DNA of 64,000 nucleotides from Gemmatimonadales bacterium. GTDB taxonomy: Bacteria; Gemmatimonadota; Gemmatimonadetes; Gemmatimonadales; GWC2-71-9. The stretch is taken from NCBI GenBank assembly GCA_038321865.1, contig JBBQFH010000001.1:174258-238257 (forward strand), in the 5' to 3' direction. Both the position numbers and the translations under genes were made by a program. Within the stretch, counting starts at the first letter, position 1, and each line of letters starts with the position of its first letter. Shown here one piece after another: positions 31,400-41,884 of the stretch. The notes beneath the pieces were generated by a model. It was given only the letters and a program-made list of their open reading frames with translations, was not told the DNA's origin and searched no databases.

Positions 31400-32287
31400 C
31401 TAGGCGTCGGCGCCACTGGCTGCGCCGGCCTCGGGCGCGCCCTCGCCGTCGGTCTTCAGACGGGCGGCGATCGCCTCGGGCTTCGGACGCCGCTTGCGCC
31501 GGCCCGGGCGCCGCTTGCGCCGCTCAGCTTCGTCGCCCGACTCGGGAGCGCCGTCGCTGCTGTAGGTCTCGCCATCCATGTCCTCGGCCGCCTCCCTGAG
31601 CGGGACCTGGGCACGGGCTTCCTTGATGATGTCGCAGAGCGCCGTCGTAATCAGCGAGACCGAGCGGATCGCGTCGTCGTTGCCCGGAATCGGCACGGTA
31701 ATCACGTCCGGGTCGGCGTTCGTGTCCACGATCGCGACGACCGGGATGCCCAGCTTGTTGGCCTCGGCGACGGCGATCTTTTCCTTCTTGGCGTCCACGA
31801 CGAAGAGCGCGCCGGGGAGCCGGGTCATCATCTTCACGCCCTCGAGGTTGCGGCTCAGCTTCTCACGCTCGCGCTCGAACATCAGGCGCTCCTTCTTCGT
31901 GTAGTTGCCGAAATCGCCCTCGGTGGACCCCTGCTCGAGATCGCGCAGCCGCTTGATCTGCTTCTTGACCGTCTGGAAGTTCGTGAGCATCCCGCCCAGC
32001 CAGCGCTCGGTGACGTAGAACGCGCCCGACCCGGCGGCCTCGGTCTGCACGATGGCCTTGAGCTGCTTCTTGGTGCAGACGAAGAGCACACCCTCGCCCT
32101 TCGAGACGACCCCACGCAGCAGATCCTGGGCCTTCTGGATCTGTCGCAGCGTCTTCTGCAGGTCGATGATGTAGATGCCCGACCGCTCGGCGAAGATGAA
32201 ACGGCGCATCTTCGGGTTCCAGCGACGGGTCTGAGGTCCGAAGTGGACACCGGCTTCGAGGAGGTCCTGAATCTGGGGCTGTGCCAT
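31400..32287 (-). CDS. rpsB: 30S ribosomal protein S2
   Basis: AGVHFG, WNPKM, RWLGGMLTNF, DTNADP and GNDDAIRS. Confidence 0.98.
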   Translation of the reverse strand: MAQPQIQDLLEAGVHFGPQTRRWNPKMRRFIFAERSGIYIIDLQKTLRQIQKAQDLLRGVVSKGEGVLFVCTKKQLKAIVQTEAAGSGAFYVTERWLGGMLTNFQTVKKQIKRLRDLEQGSTEGDFGNYTKKERLMFEREREKLSRNLEGVKMMTRLPGALFVVDAKKEKIAVAEANKLGIPVVAIVDTNADPDVITVPIPGNDDAIRSVSLITTALCDIIKEARAQVPLREAAEDMDGETYSSDGAPESGDEAERRKRRPGRRKRRPKPEAIAARLKTDGEGAPEAGAASGADA

Positions 32288-32314
32288 GCGGGTACTGGTA
32301 TCCTGTCGATTTGA

Positions 32315-32405
32315 GGGTTGCGCGTCCATCGCCTTCGTCTCCCGTCCCGATCCGCCGCCGCCGATCAGCGGCGCGGACACCCAGGACGAAATCCGGCGAT
32401 GTGCG
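32315..32405 (-). promoter_or_regulatory. rpsB leader (S2 autoregulatory structure)
   Basis: Nested stems TCGCC/GGCGA and TTCGTC/GACGAA, internal GGGT and downstream AACCC, resembling known S2 leaders. Confidence 0.6.
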
Positions 32406-32418
32406 AGATGTGGTGCGA

Positions 32419-32820
32419 CTACCGCTTCGAGAACTGGAACCGCTTGCGGGCGCCCGGCTGGCCCGGCTTCTTGCGCTCGACCGCGCGCGGATCGCGCGTC
32501 AGCAGGCCGGCGGCGCGCAGCTTCGCGCGGTGCTGCCCATCGGCTTCCACCAGCGCCCGGGCAATACCCAGCCGAAGCGCGCCGGCCTGACCCGTCTGGC
32601 CGCCGCCGTCCACGTGCGCCATGACATCGAAGGCGCCGAGCGTGTCGGTGGCGGTGAAGGACTGCTGGATGTGCTGCACCAGCGATGGCCGGGGGAAGTA
32701 ATCGCCGAGCGTGCGCCCGTTAATGATCCACTTGCCGCTGCCCGGCGTCAGGTACACCCGGGCCACACTGGTCTTCCGTCGGCCCGTCGCCTGCCAGCGG
32801 AACTCGGGAACGCCGCTCAT
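32419..32820 (-). CDS. rpsI: 30S ribosomal protein S9
   Basis: GRRKTSVARV, GGGQTGQAGA and ERKK..ARKRFQFSKR. Confidence 0.98.
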   Translation of the reverse strand: MSGVPEFRWQATGRRKTSVARVYLTPGSGKWIINGRTLGDYFPRPSLVQHIQQSFTATDTLGAFDVMAHVDGGGQTGQAGALRLGIARALVEADGQHRAKLRAAGLLTRDPRAVERKKPGQPGARKRFQFSKR

Positions 32821-33269
32821 GCTTTCACCTTCTCGAATTTGACGGAAAATGGCTTCGGCTGCTGCGCGGCGTGCGGATGGTCCGCCGTGGCGTAGACCTT
32901 CAACTTGCCCCGCAGGTGCTGCTTGGTCAGCGACGTCTTGGGCAGCATGCCGAAAACCGCCTTCTCGATCACCCGGTCCGGATGCTTGGCGAGCAGGTCG
33001 CGCGCCGGGACGTGGCTCTCATGGCCCATGTAGCCGGTGTGCTTGAAGTAGGTCTTCTGGTCGATCTTTCGTCCGGTCAGCTTGACCTGCGACGCATTGA
33101 TCACCACCACGAAGTCACCGCCGTCCATGTGCGGCGTGTAGGTCGGCTTGTGCTTGCCCCGGATCAGCTGCGCCACCGTACTGGCGAGACGGCCGAGGGG
33201 AACGCCGGCGGCGTCCACGACGTGCCAGTCGTGGGTAATGTCGTCAGGCGTTGCGGAAAACGTTTTCAT
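32817..33269 (-). CDS. rplM: 50S ribosomal protein L13
   Basis: LGRLAS, GKHKPTYTPH, GMLPK and HPHAAQQP. Confidence 0.98.
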   Translation of the reverse strand: MKTFSATPDDITHDWHVVDAAGVPLGRLASTVAQLIRGKHKPTYTPHMDGGDFVVVINASQVKLTGRKIDQKTYFKHTGYMGHESHVPARDLLAKHPDRVIEKAVFGMLPKTSLTKQHLRGKLKVYATADHPHAAQQPKPFSVKFEKVKA

Positions 33270-33322
33270 CGGATCAGGCTGCCTTGCGCTCTGGACTATG
33301 GGGCAAATCGAGACAGACTCAC

Positions 33323-33352
33323 AAGATACAGGACTGCCCCACAGCGGGTCAA
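33323..33352 (-). promoter_or_regulatory. sigma70 promoter of the rplM-rpsI-rpsB operon
   Basis: TTGACC-18-TATCTT. Confidence 0.6.
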
Positions 33353-33882
33353 GGGGCCGAAGCAGCCGGAACCGACTGAGCGGACACGGCGAATTCGACC
33401 AGGATCTGACCCTTGTCCACCGCCTGCCCGACCTCGACCCGGATCGCGGCGACCGTGGCGGCGGCAACAGCCTTCAGCTGGTTCTCCATCTTCATGGCTT
33501 CGAGGACGATGAGCGGTGTTCCGGCCGACACCGCCTGGCCCGCTTCCACCTGAAGCCGCACCACCAGGCCGGGCATCGGTGCCCTGAGGACGCCGGGTCC
33601 GGCCGGCCGGTCGGCGGCGCCGGTAAGGGATCGCACGTGGCGAGTGCGCTCGTCGATGACCTCGATCTCGCGTCGCTCGCCGTCGGTGGTGACCGCCCAC
33701 CGGCCGGGTACGATCGGCTCCAGCGGCAAGGCGAACGAACGCCCGTCGAGCAGCAGTTGCCGTACCGGCGAGCCTGGTATGGACGTGAGGACAGCCAGCA
33801 TCCGCTGGCCGTCCACGACGACGTGGTCGCCGTCGACCTCGATTTCGTGCTGCCGGCCGTCCAGGCTCACGACGTATTTCAC
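33349..33882 (-). CDS. Biotin carboxyl carrier protein (BT-like plus biotinyl domain)
   Basis: APMPG and EAMKMEN biotinylation motif. Confidence 0.93.
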   Translation of the reverse strand: MKYVVSLDGRQHEIEVDGDHVVVDGQRMLAVLTSIPGSPVRQLLLDGRSFALPLEPIVPGRWAVTTDGERREIEVIDERTRHVRSLTGAADRPAGPGVLRAPMPGLVVRLQVEAGQAVSAGTPLIVLEAMKMENQLKAVAAATVAAIRVEVGQAVDKGQILVEFAVSAQSVPAASAP

Positions 33883-35114
33883 GCGGCCTCGAGCACGGTG
33901 ACGGATTCGACGTGCGCCGTCTGGGGAAAGAGGTCGAACGCCACCGTGGACGCCACCCGATAGCCGCTCGCGAGCCGCACGATGTCGCGCGCCAGCGTCG
34001 CGGGGTCGCAGGAGAGGTACACGATCCGCGCCGGCCGTCGGGCGGTGAGCGCATCGGTGACTCGCTCGTCCATGCCGACCCGGGGTGGATTGGTGATCAC
34101 GAGCGCCGGCGCGCGGAGCGCCGCCAGCACATCCTCGACGCGGGCCGCGTGCCGCGTCACGCGCGTTCGATCACCCGGGTATCGCTGCTCCGCGTAGGCC
34201 ACCGCGCGCGCATCCGACTCAACGCTGTCGACGGTCGCGCCCGCCGCGAGCAGGTGCGACGTCGTTTCGCCGATGCCCGCATACAGATCCCACACGTGTC
34301 GCCCCCGGACCTCGCCCAGCGCTTCCAGCGCCGCCGCGCGCGCCCGGTCGCCCATGACGGGGTGGACCTGCTCGAAGACGGTGGCCGGAAACGCCTCGCT
34401 GCTCCCGGCGACGGCGCGCGCGGCGCCGCCCGCCGGATGCCACCACAGCGTGACGCTCAGGCCGGCCGCATCCAGTGCGCGCGTGAGCGCCGCGGCGTCG
34501 CGCCACTGCTCGGTCCCCGACATGCGGGCGATGAGATGGCGACCGCCGGACCGGTCGAGCCGGAGCACCAGCCGGTCGAGCCCCGCCGGCAACAGCTGGC
34601 GGTGGCGGCGCACGACGGTCCACACCTCCATCAACTCGTCCGCCGTGATGTGGCACCATTCGAGGTCGAAGACGTACTCGGGCCGGTCGAGCGGATGCAA
34701 GCCGATGCGGCGGCGATCGGACGACGCCTGCAGCGTGAGCTTGGTCCGATATTTCCAGTCGGATTCCGCGGCGACGAGCGGTGGATCGGTCACCTCGACG
34801 TGACCGAGCCGCCGGAGCGCGTCGCCGACGAAGCCTCGGCGCGCTGCACGCTGCGCCGGTCCCGCCAGATGCTGCAGCTGGCATCCGCCACATTCGTCCT
34901 TCAGGTAGTGCGGACAGGGCGGCTCGACCCGCTCGGCCGCCGGCTCGACGATGCGCTCCAGCCGGGCACGGGCAAACCGCGCATGGAGCCGCACGCGCGA
35001 AAGCGTCACCAGGTCACCCGGCGCCGTCCTCGGAACGAATACCGTCCGGCCGTCCTCGAGCTTGCCCACGCCGTCGCCGCCCGAGGCGAGCCGGAGGATG
35101 CGGACGTCGCTCAC
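33879..35114 (-). CDS. TRAM-domain RNA (uracil-5)-methyltransferase, RlmD/TrmA family
   Basis: TRAM N-terminus, CPHY...CGGC Fe-S cysteines, DLYAGIG, NPPR, SCDPATLARD and FPQTAHVE. Confidence 0.9.
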   Translation of the reverse strand: MSDVRILRLASGGDGVGKLEDGRTVFVPRTAPGDLVTLSRVRLHARFARARLERIVEPAAERVEPPCPHYLKDECGGCQLQHLAGPAQRAARRGFVGDALRRLGHVEVTDPPLVAAESDWKYRTKLTLQASSDRRRIGLHPLDRPEYVFDLEWCHITADELMEVWTVVRRHRQLLPAGLDRLVLRLDRSGGRHLIARMSGTEQWRDAAALTRALDAAGLSVTLWWHPAGGAARAVAGSSEAFPATVFEQVHPVMGDRARAAALEALGEVRGRHVWDLYAGIGETTSHLLAAGATVDSVESDARAVAYAEQRYPGDRTRVTRHAARVEDVLAALRAPALVITNPPRVGMDERVTDALTARRPARIVYLSCDPATLARDIVRLASGYRVASTVAFDLFPQTAHVESVTVLEAA

Positions 35115-36604
35115 CGGAGCGCGTCGGCCCGGCCGGCGCGGGCCCAGGCGCTCGACCCGACCGACTCGGCAGCTACCGCGGGGCGCCGAAGTCGGCGCGC
35201 CTCGTCTTCCGCCATCGCGACGGCGACGGCCACGTGGAGGGGAAGGCCCTGATCAGCGGTCGGCGTGAGCAGATCGGTGCGGCGATCGAGAAACTGGATG
35301 TCGACTTCGCCCCGGCGATACGCTTCATCGGCCATCAGCCGCGCGTGAAAACCCTGGTTGGTGGGCACGCCGACGAGAATCAGCTCCTCCAGCGCGCGCT
35401 GCATCCGGCAGATCGCATGCCGCCGGTCGGAACCCCATACGATGAGCTTGGCGAGCATCGAATCGTAGAACAGCGTGACCTCGTTCCCGACCTCGACCCC
35501 GCTGTCCCACCGCACGCCGGGGCCGGCGGGGGGGCGCAGGTACTCGACCCGGCCGGTGGTCGGGAGGAAGCCGTTGGCCGGATCCTCGCTGGTGAGACGA
35601 CACTCGATCGCCCAGCCGCGCGGACGGAGCGGATGCGACGGCAGTGACATTGGCATGCCCCGCGCGATACGCAGCTGTTCCCGCACCAGGTCCACGCCAT
35701 AGACCAGCTCGGTCACCGGATGCTCGACCTGAATCCGGGTGTTCATCTCGAGGAAATAGAACGCGCCGTCGGCCGCGAGGAGGAATTCGCAGGTCCCCGC
35801 CCCGCGATATCCGACGGCGGCGGCGGCGGCCACCGCCGCCCCTCCCATCCGGTCCCGCAGCGTCTCCGAGACGGCAACCGACGGCGCTTCCTCGACCAGC
35901 TTCTGGTGACGGCGCTGAACGGAGCACTCACGCTCGCCGACATGCACCGTGCGCGTGTGATCCGCGAGTACCTGGATCTCCACATGTCGCGGCCGCTCGA
36001 TGAACTTCTCGAGGTAGACGGACGCGTCGCCGAATGCCTTGAGTGCCTCCGAAGCCGCGGCCGTCAGTGCATCCGGCAGCTCCCCCGGGTCCGGCACGAC
36101 TCGCATCCCCTTGCCGCCGCCGCCCGCCGCCGCCTTCACCATGACCGGATACCCGATCGACGCCGCGAGCGCGATCGCCGCCGAGGGCTCCGTGAGCGGC
36201 GCGATCGCACCCGGTACGATCGGCACCCCGGCCGCTTCCATCCGTCGGCGGGCCTCGGTCTTGTCCCCCATCGCGCGGATGGCGGTGGGCGGCGGTCCGA
36301 TCCAGATCAGCCCGGCCGCCTCGACCGCCTCGGCGAACGCGGCCCGTTCGGCGAGAAAGCCGTATCCGGGGTGCACCGCATCCGCGCCGCTTGCTGCCGC
36401 CGCGGCGAGCAGTCGATCGAACGCGAGATAGCTCTCGGAAGGAGGCGGGGGGCCAATGCAGACGGCGAAGTCGGCGGCGCGGACGTGCGGGCTGGTGCGA
36501 TCCGCGGCGGAATACACCGCGACCGCCTCGAGTCCCTCTTCATGGCACGCGCGAATGACCCGGAGAGCGATTTCGCCCCGGTTGGCGATGAGGACGCGCT
36601 TCAC
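35111..36604 (-). CDS. accC: Biotin carboxylase subunit of an acyl-CoA carboxylase
   Basis: IANRGEIA, HPGYGFL, GGGGKGMR, RECSVQRRHQK and EMNTRIQVEH; GTG start. Confidence 0.95.
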   Translation of the reverse strand: MKRVLIANRGEIALRVIRACHEEGLEAVAVYSAADRTSPHVRAADFAVCIGPPPPSESYLAFDRLLAAAAASGADAVHPGYGFLAERAAFAEAVEAAGLIWIGPPPTAIRAMGDKTEARRRMEAAGVPIVPGAIAPLTEPSAAIALAASIGYPVMVKAAAGGGGKGMRVVPDPGELPDALTAAASEALKAFGDASVYLEKFIERPRHVEIQVLADHTRTVHVGERECSVQRRHQKLVEEAPSVAVSETLRDRMGGAAVAAAAAVGYRGAGTCEFLLAADGAFYFLEMNTRIQVEHPVTELVYGVDLVREQLRIARGMPMSLPSHPLRPRGWAIECRLTSEDPANGFLPTTGRVEYLRPPAGPGVRWDSGVEVGNEVTLFYDSMLAKLIVWGSDRRHAICRMQRALEELILVGVPTNQGFHARLMADEAYRRGEVDIQFLDRRTDLLTPTADQGLPLHVAVAVAMAEDEARRLRRPAVAAESVGSSAWARAGRADALR

Positions 36605-36626
36605 GAACGGAGAGGAGCGGAGAGGC

Positions 36627-37613
36627 CTACGTGCCGCATGCCCGCGGGGGCAGGTCACCCAGCGGCAGCAACAGGCCGCCACACAGGATGGGGTTGGCGC
36701 GTGCGGCCGCCGAATACACCGCCATGACGTCCCGCGTCCAGACCGAGCCGCCGAGCCGGCTGGCCTTGAGCAGTTCACCGATCGAGGGGGATTCAGCCGG
36801 GGCCGTGCCGGGCCCGATCACGCGCACGAGGCGCATGGGCCTGGACGGGGCGATCGGAGCCGCGGCGGAATCCGCCGTGGGTCCGATGCAGAGCGGCCGC
36901 CGCGACGACGCCGCCGTCAGCGCCGGCCGTACCGCGAGCGAAGGCTCAACGCCCATTTCCGCGGCCATGCGGCGCCGGTAGATCGAATCCGTCGAATACA
37001 GATCGGCCTGGACGAGCAGGATGTCGGCGCGGTAACCGGCCTCGACCGACGCGTACCAGACTGCCACTGATTCCAGTTCGCGGCCGGTCAGCAGCACGCC
37101 GGATGCGGGACAGGAATTGAGGATGTTGATGCCAAGCTCGACGACGTAATCCGGAAGCGGTGCGGATGCCGCATGGGCCGGCCGCGCATGCGCGGCGGTC
37201 CATCCGGAGTCCTCGACCAGCAGCAGCGCCCGGTCCATTTCGGCCATGCCCCGGTAGACCTGGGCCGAATCGACGAGCAGCTTGGCCGCCTGGTCGAAGG
37301 CGACCACGGCGAGGTCGAGATACAACTGTCCGTCCGGATCGCCGATATGCTCGCGGGCGTGCCAGTCGCGCGCGTCGAGAATGTAGAATCGCCCGAGCTG
37401 GAACCACGCCTTGCCGTCGTCCTGGGCGGTGGCCAGGTAGCGACCCAGCAGGTCGGTCGCGACCTGGCGCTCGCCCGCGCGCTCGAGCGCCGCGGCGTGC
37501 GGGGCCATGTTGGGATCGATCGCAGCCTGGGCCTGAAGCGACAGCGAGGCGGCGACCGTGGCCATGGCGGCCGCGGACATCGCGCGGCGCAGGGCCGGGA
37601 TCACCCGCGGCAC
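36627..37613 (-). CDS. Hypothetical secreted TPR-like protein with a DUF2723-like C-terminal motif (start uncertain)
   Basis: Signal-like N-terminus ending AQA, helical repeats (AWFQLGRFY); fills the gap between the CT and BC genes. Confidence 0.7.
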   Translation of the reverse strand: MPRVIPALRRAMSAAAMATVAASLSLQAQAAIDPNMAPHAAALERAGERQVATDLLGRYLATAQDDGKAWFQLGRFYILDARDWHAREHIGDPDGQLYLDLAVVAFDQAAKLLVDSAQVYRGMAEMDRALLLVEDSGWTAAHARPAHAASAPLPDYVVELGINILNSCPASGVLLTGRELESVAVWYASVEAGYRADILLVQADLYSTDSIYRRRMAAEMGVEPSLAVRPALTAASSRRPLCIGPTADSAAAPIAPSRPMRLVRVIGPGTAPAESPSIGELLKASRLGGSVWTRDVMAVYSAAARANPILCGGLLLPLGDLPPRACGT

Positions 37614-37700
37614 GGCAGGAAACATCGAGGCAGGCTGAGCTGGCATGAGCCCATAAGATGCCAATCTTGCTCGGGATACGCCAGTGGGACGGGCCCCCGG

Positions 37701-39254
<1,554 letters not shown>

Positions 39255-39273
39255 GGCGCGGAATATACCCGTG

Positions 39274-39299
39274 AAAAGAGCCCCGCCGTAGCGGGGCCC
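39274..39299 (-). terminator. Intrinsic terminator of rpsA
   Basis: GGGCCCCGC-TACG-GCGGGGCTC-TTTT on the minus strand. Confidence 0.8.
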
Positions 39300-39320
39300 G
39301 GTTCAGTCGCCTGGACGCGA

Positions 39321-41054
39321 TCAGCCTTCGGTCGCGGCCGCTTCGCTCTCGTCGTACACCGGGCGTACCGGCGGAATGATCGGCTCGTCGGGATACCCGA
39401 TGACCGCCAGCACGATGCGGTGGTGAATCGGATCGACCTCGAGGACCTTGAGGTCCACCGGCTGGCCTTCCTTCACCGCATCGCCCGGGTTCTCCAGGTT
39501 GGCGACACCCAGCTGCGACATCGGCACGAATCCTTCGATATCGTTGCCCAGGTCGACCACCACGCCCTTGTCCATCAGGCGGACGGCGCGGCCCCGCAGC
39601 TCCATGCCGATCGGATAGGTCTCTCCGATGCGAAGCCACGGATCCTCTTCGGCCTGCTTGAGGCCGAGGCTGATGCGCTTGTTGTCGGCGTCGATGTTGA
39701 GGATGACGACGTCCACCGTGTCGCCCTTCTTGACGACCTCCGAGGGATGCTGCACCCGCTTGGTCCACGACATGTCCGAGATGTGGATCAGGCCGTCGAT
39801 GCCGGGCTCGATCTCCACGAACGCGCCGAAGCTGGTCAGGTTCCGGACCTTGCCGGTGATGCGCGTGTTGACCGGATACTTGAGCGGCAGCACCATCCAG
39901 GGGTCCTGCTCGGTCTGCTTCATGCCCAGCGAGATCTTCTCCTCGCTCTCGTCGACCTTGAGCACCACGGCATCGATCGACTCGCCGATGCTGACGATCT
40001 TCGACGGGTGCCGCACGTTCCGCGTCCAGCTCATCTCGGAAATGTGCACCAGACCTTCGATGCCCGGCTCGAGCTCGACGAACGCGCCGTAATTCGTGAT
40101 CGAGACCACCTTGCCCTGAACGCGCGTGCCCACCGGGTACTTCGCGGCGACGTTCTGCCACGGGTAGCTCTGCAGCTGCTTCATGCCGAGGCTGATGCGC
40201 TCACGCTGCCAGTCGATGTCGAGGATCTTGACCTCGACCTCGGCACCGATCGCCACCATCTCGGTGGGATGGGAGACGCGTCCGTAGGACATGTCGGTGA
40301 TGTGCAGCAGGCCGTCCACGCCGCCGAGATCGATGAACGCACCGAAGTCGGTGATGTTCTTGACCACGCCCTTCCGGACCTGGCCGACGGCGAGCTCCTT
40401 CATCAGATGCTCGCGCTTGTGCGCCCGCTCGTTCTCCAGGATCACCCGGCGGCTGACGACGATGTTCCGCCGGCGCTTGTTGAGCTTGATGATCTTGAAC
40501 TCGTAGGTCTGGCCCAGCAGCTCGTCGATGTTGGGCACCCGCCGGAGGGCGATCTGGCTGCCCGGCAGGAAGGCGTCCACGCCCATCAGGTTCACGACGA
40601 CGCCGCCCTTAATCTTCTTGGTCAGCGTGCCTTCCACCGGCTCATCACTCTCGTGCGCCACCCGGATCTTTTCCCAGACCCGCATGAAGTCGGCCTTCTT
40701 CTTCGACAGGACGACGGCGCCCTCCTGATCCTCGAGGTGCTCGAGGAAGACCTCGACCTCATCGCCTTCCTTCAGGAGATGAGGATCCTTGAACTCGTCC
40801 AGCGGCACCGAGCCCTCGGACTTGAACCCGACGTCCAGGATGACCGCGTTGTCGGTGACGCGCAGGACCTTCGACTTGACGATTTCACCTTCGACGATCG
40901 ACGCCATCGTCCCCTCGTACATCGAGAGCATCTGGTCGTAATCTTCGTCGGAGTAGTCTTCGTCGTAGAGGTCCTGCCGAACGCGGAGGCCGGTCGGGGA
41001 GGTGAACTTCTCGGTGGAGGGATCGAGTTGGTCGAGCATGAGTATGCCTGGCAT
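39321..41054 (-). CDS. rpsA: 30S ribosomal protein S1 (start 41054 or 41039)
   Basis: Six S1 repeats (FGAF.., GLLHITDMS, RISLG). Confidence 0.97.
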   Translation of the reverse strand: MPGILMLDQLDPSTEKFTSPTGLRVRQDLYDEDYSDEDYDQMLSMYEGTMASIVEGEIVKSKVLRVTDNAVILDVGFKSEGSVPLDEFKDPHLLKEGDEVEVFLEHLEDQEGAVVLSKKKADFMRVWEKIRVAHESDEPVEGTLTKKIKGGVVVNLMGVDAFLPGSQIALRRVPNIDELLGQTYEFKIIKLNKRRRNIVVSRRVILENERAHKREHLMKELAVGQVRKGVVKNITDFGAFIDLGGVDGLLHITDMSYGRVSHPTEMVAIGAEVEVKILDIDWQRERISLGMKQLQSYPWQNVAAKYPVGTRVQGKVVSITNYGAFVELEPGIEGLVHISEMSWTRNVRHPSKIVSIGESIDAVVLKVDESEEKISLGMKQTEQDPWMVLPLKYPVNTRITGKVRNLTSFGAFVEIEPGIDGLIHISDMSWTKRVQHPSEVVKKGDTVDVVILNIDADNKRISLGLKQAEEDPWLRIGETYPIGMELRGRAVRLMDKGVVVDLGNDIEGFVPMSQLGVANLENPGDAVKEGQPVDLKVLEVDPIHHRIVLAVIGYPDEPIIPPVRPVYDESEAAATEG

Positions 41055-41135
41055 CCTTCTCAAGGCCGCGCGAACCGCGCCGCGGGAAAAAATGAGGGCT
41101 CCCGCCCCGGCGGAAGTGCCGGTGGGGAGCCTTGC

Positions 41136-41164
41136 AAAGTAGAGCTCAGGCGCGGCTCACGCAA
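41136..41164 (-). promoter_or_regulatory. sigma70 promoter of rpsA
   Basis: TTGCGT-17-TACTTT. Confidence 0.55.
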
Positions 41165-41176
41165 GGTGTTCGCCCG

Positions 41177-41884
41177 TCAGGGCTTGGGAATCCTCTGCCC
41201 GGCGAGCTCGACGATGCGGCGGACCTGCTCGGCGAAGTCCATGGTGGTCGTATCCACATCCGTGGCATCGGCGGCGCGCCGGAGTGGCGCCACCTCGCGG
41301 CTGGAGTCGGCATGATCGCGGGCCGCCAGCGCCGCGGTTTCGCGCGCCAGCTCCCTCGCATCTACCGTGCGGCCACGCTGGCTGATGCGCCGGCCGGCCC
41401 TGGCCTCCGGGCTTGCCGTCAGAAATACCTTGACCGGAGCGTCCGGGAACACCACAGTCCCGATGTCCCGCCCGTCGACGACGACATCGCGCCCTTCGCG
41501 TACCAGCGCCCGGAGCCGGGCGTTGACCCACTCCCGCACCGCCGGCATCGCCGAGATGGCCGAGACGTGCTGCGTCACCTCGGCGCCGCGGATCGGGCCA
41601 TCGACCGGCTCGCCATCGAGATACGCCGCAAACCCGGCGCCGTCCGGATACAACAGGAGCCCGCGATCCTCGGCGGAGCGGAGGATGGGATCCGCCCCCA
41701 GCATCGCGGGGTCGCCGCCCGCGAGGCCCCGGCGCGATGCCTCCCGCAGCGCGACCAGCGTGACGCCACGGTAGAGACTCCCGGAGTCGAGGTGGGCGAA
41801 TCCGAGTGCTTCGGCGACCGCGCGGGCGGTGCTCGACTTGCCGGAGGCCGCCGGCCCATCGATCGCGACGACGGTGCCGCTCAT
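41177..41884 (-). CDS. cmk: Cytidylate kinase
   Basis: IDGPAASGKS, DSGSLYR and DGRDIGTVVFP. Confidence 0.96.
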   Translation of the reverse strand: MSGTVVAIDGPAASGKSSTARAVAEALGFAHLDSGSLYRGVTLVALREASRRGLAGGDPAMLGADPILRSAEDRGLLLYPDGAGFAAYLDGEPVDGPIRGAEVTQHVSAISAMPAVREWVNARLRALVREGRDVVVDGRDIGTVVFPDAPVKVFLTASPEARAGRRISQRGRTVDARELARETAALAARDHADSSREVAPLRRAADATDVDTTTMDFAEQVRRIVELAGQRIPKP

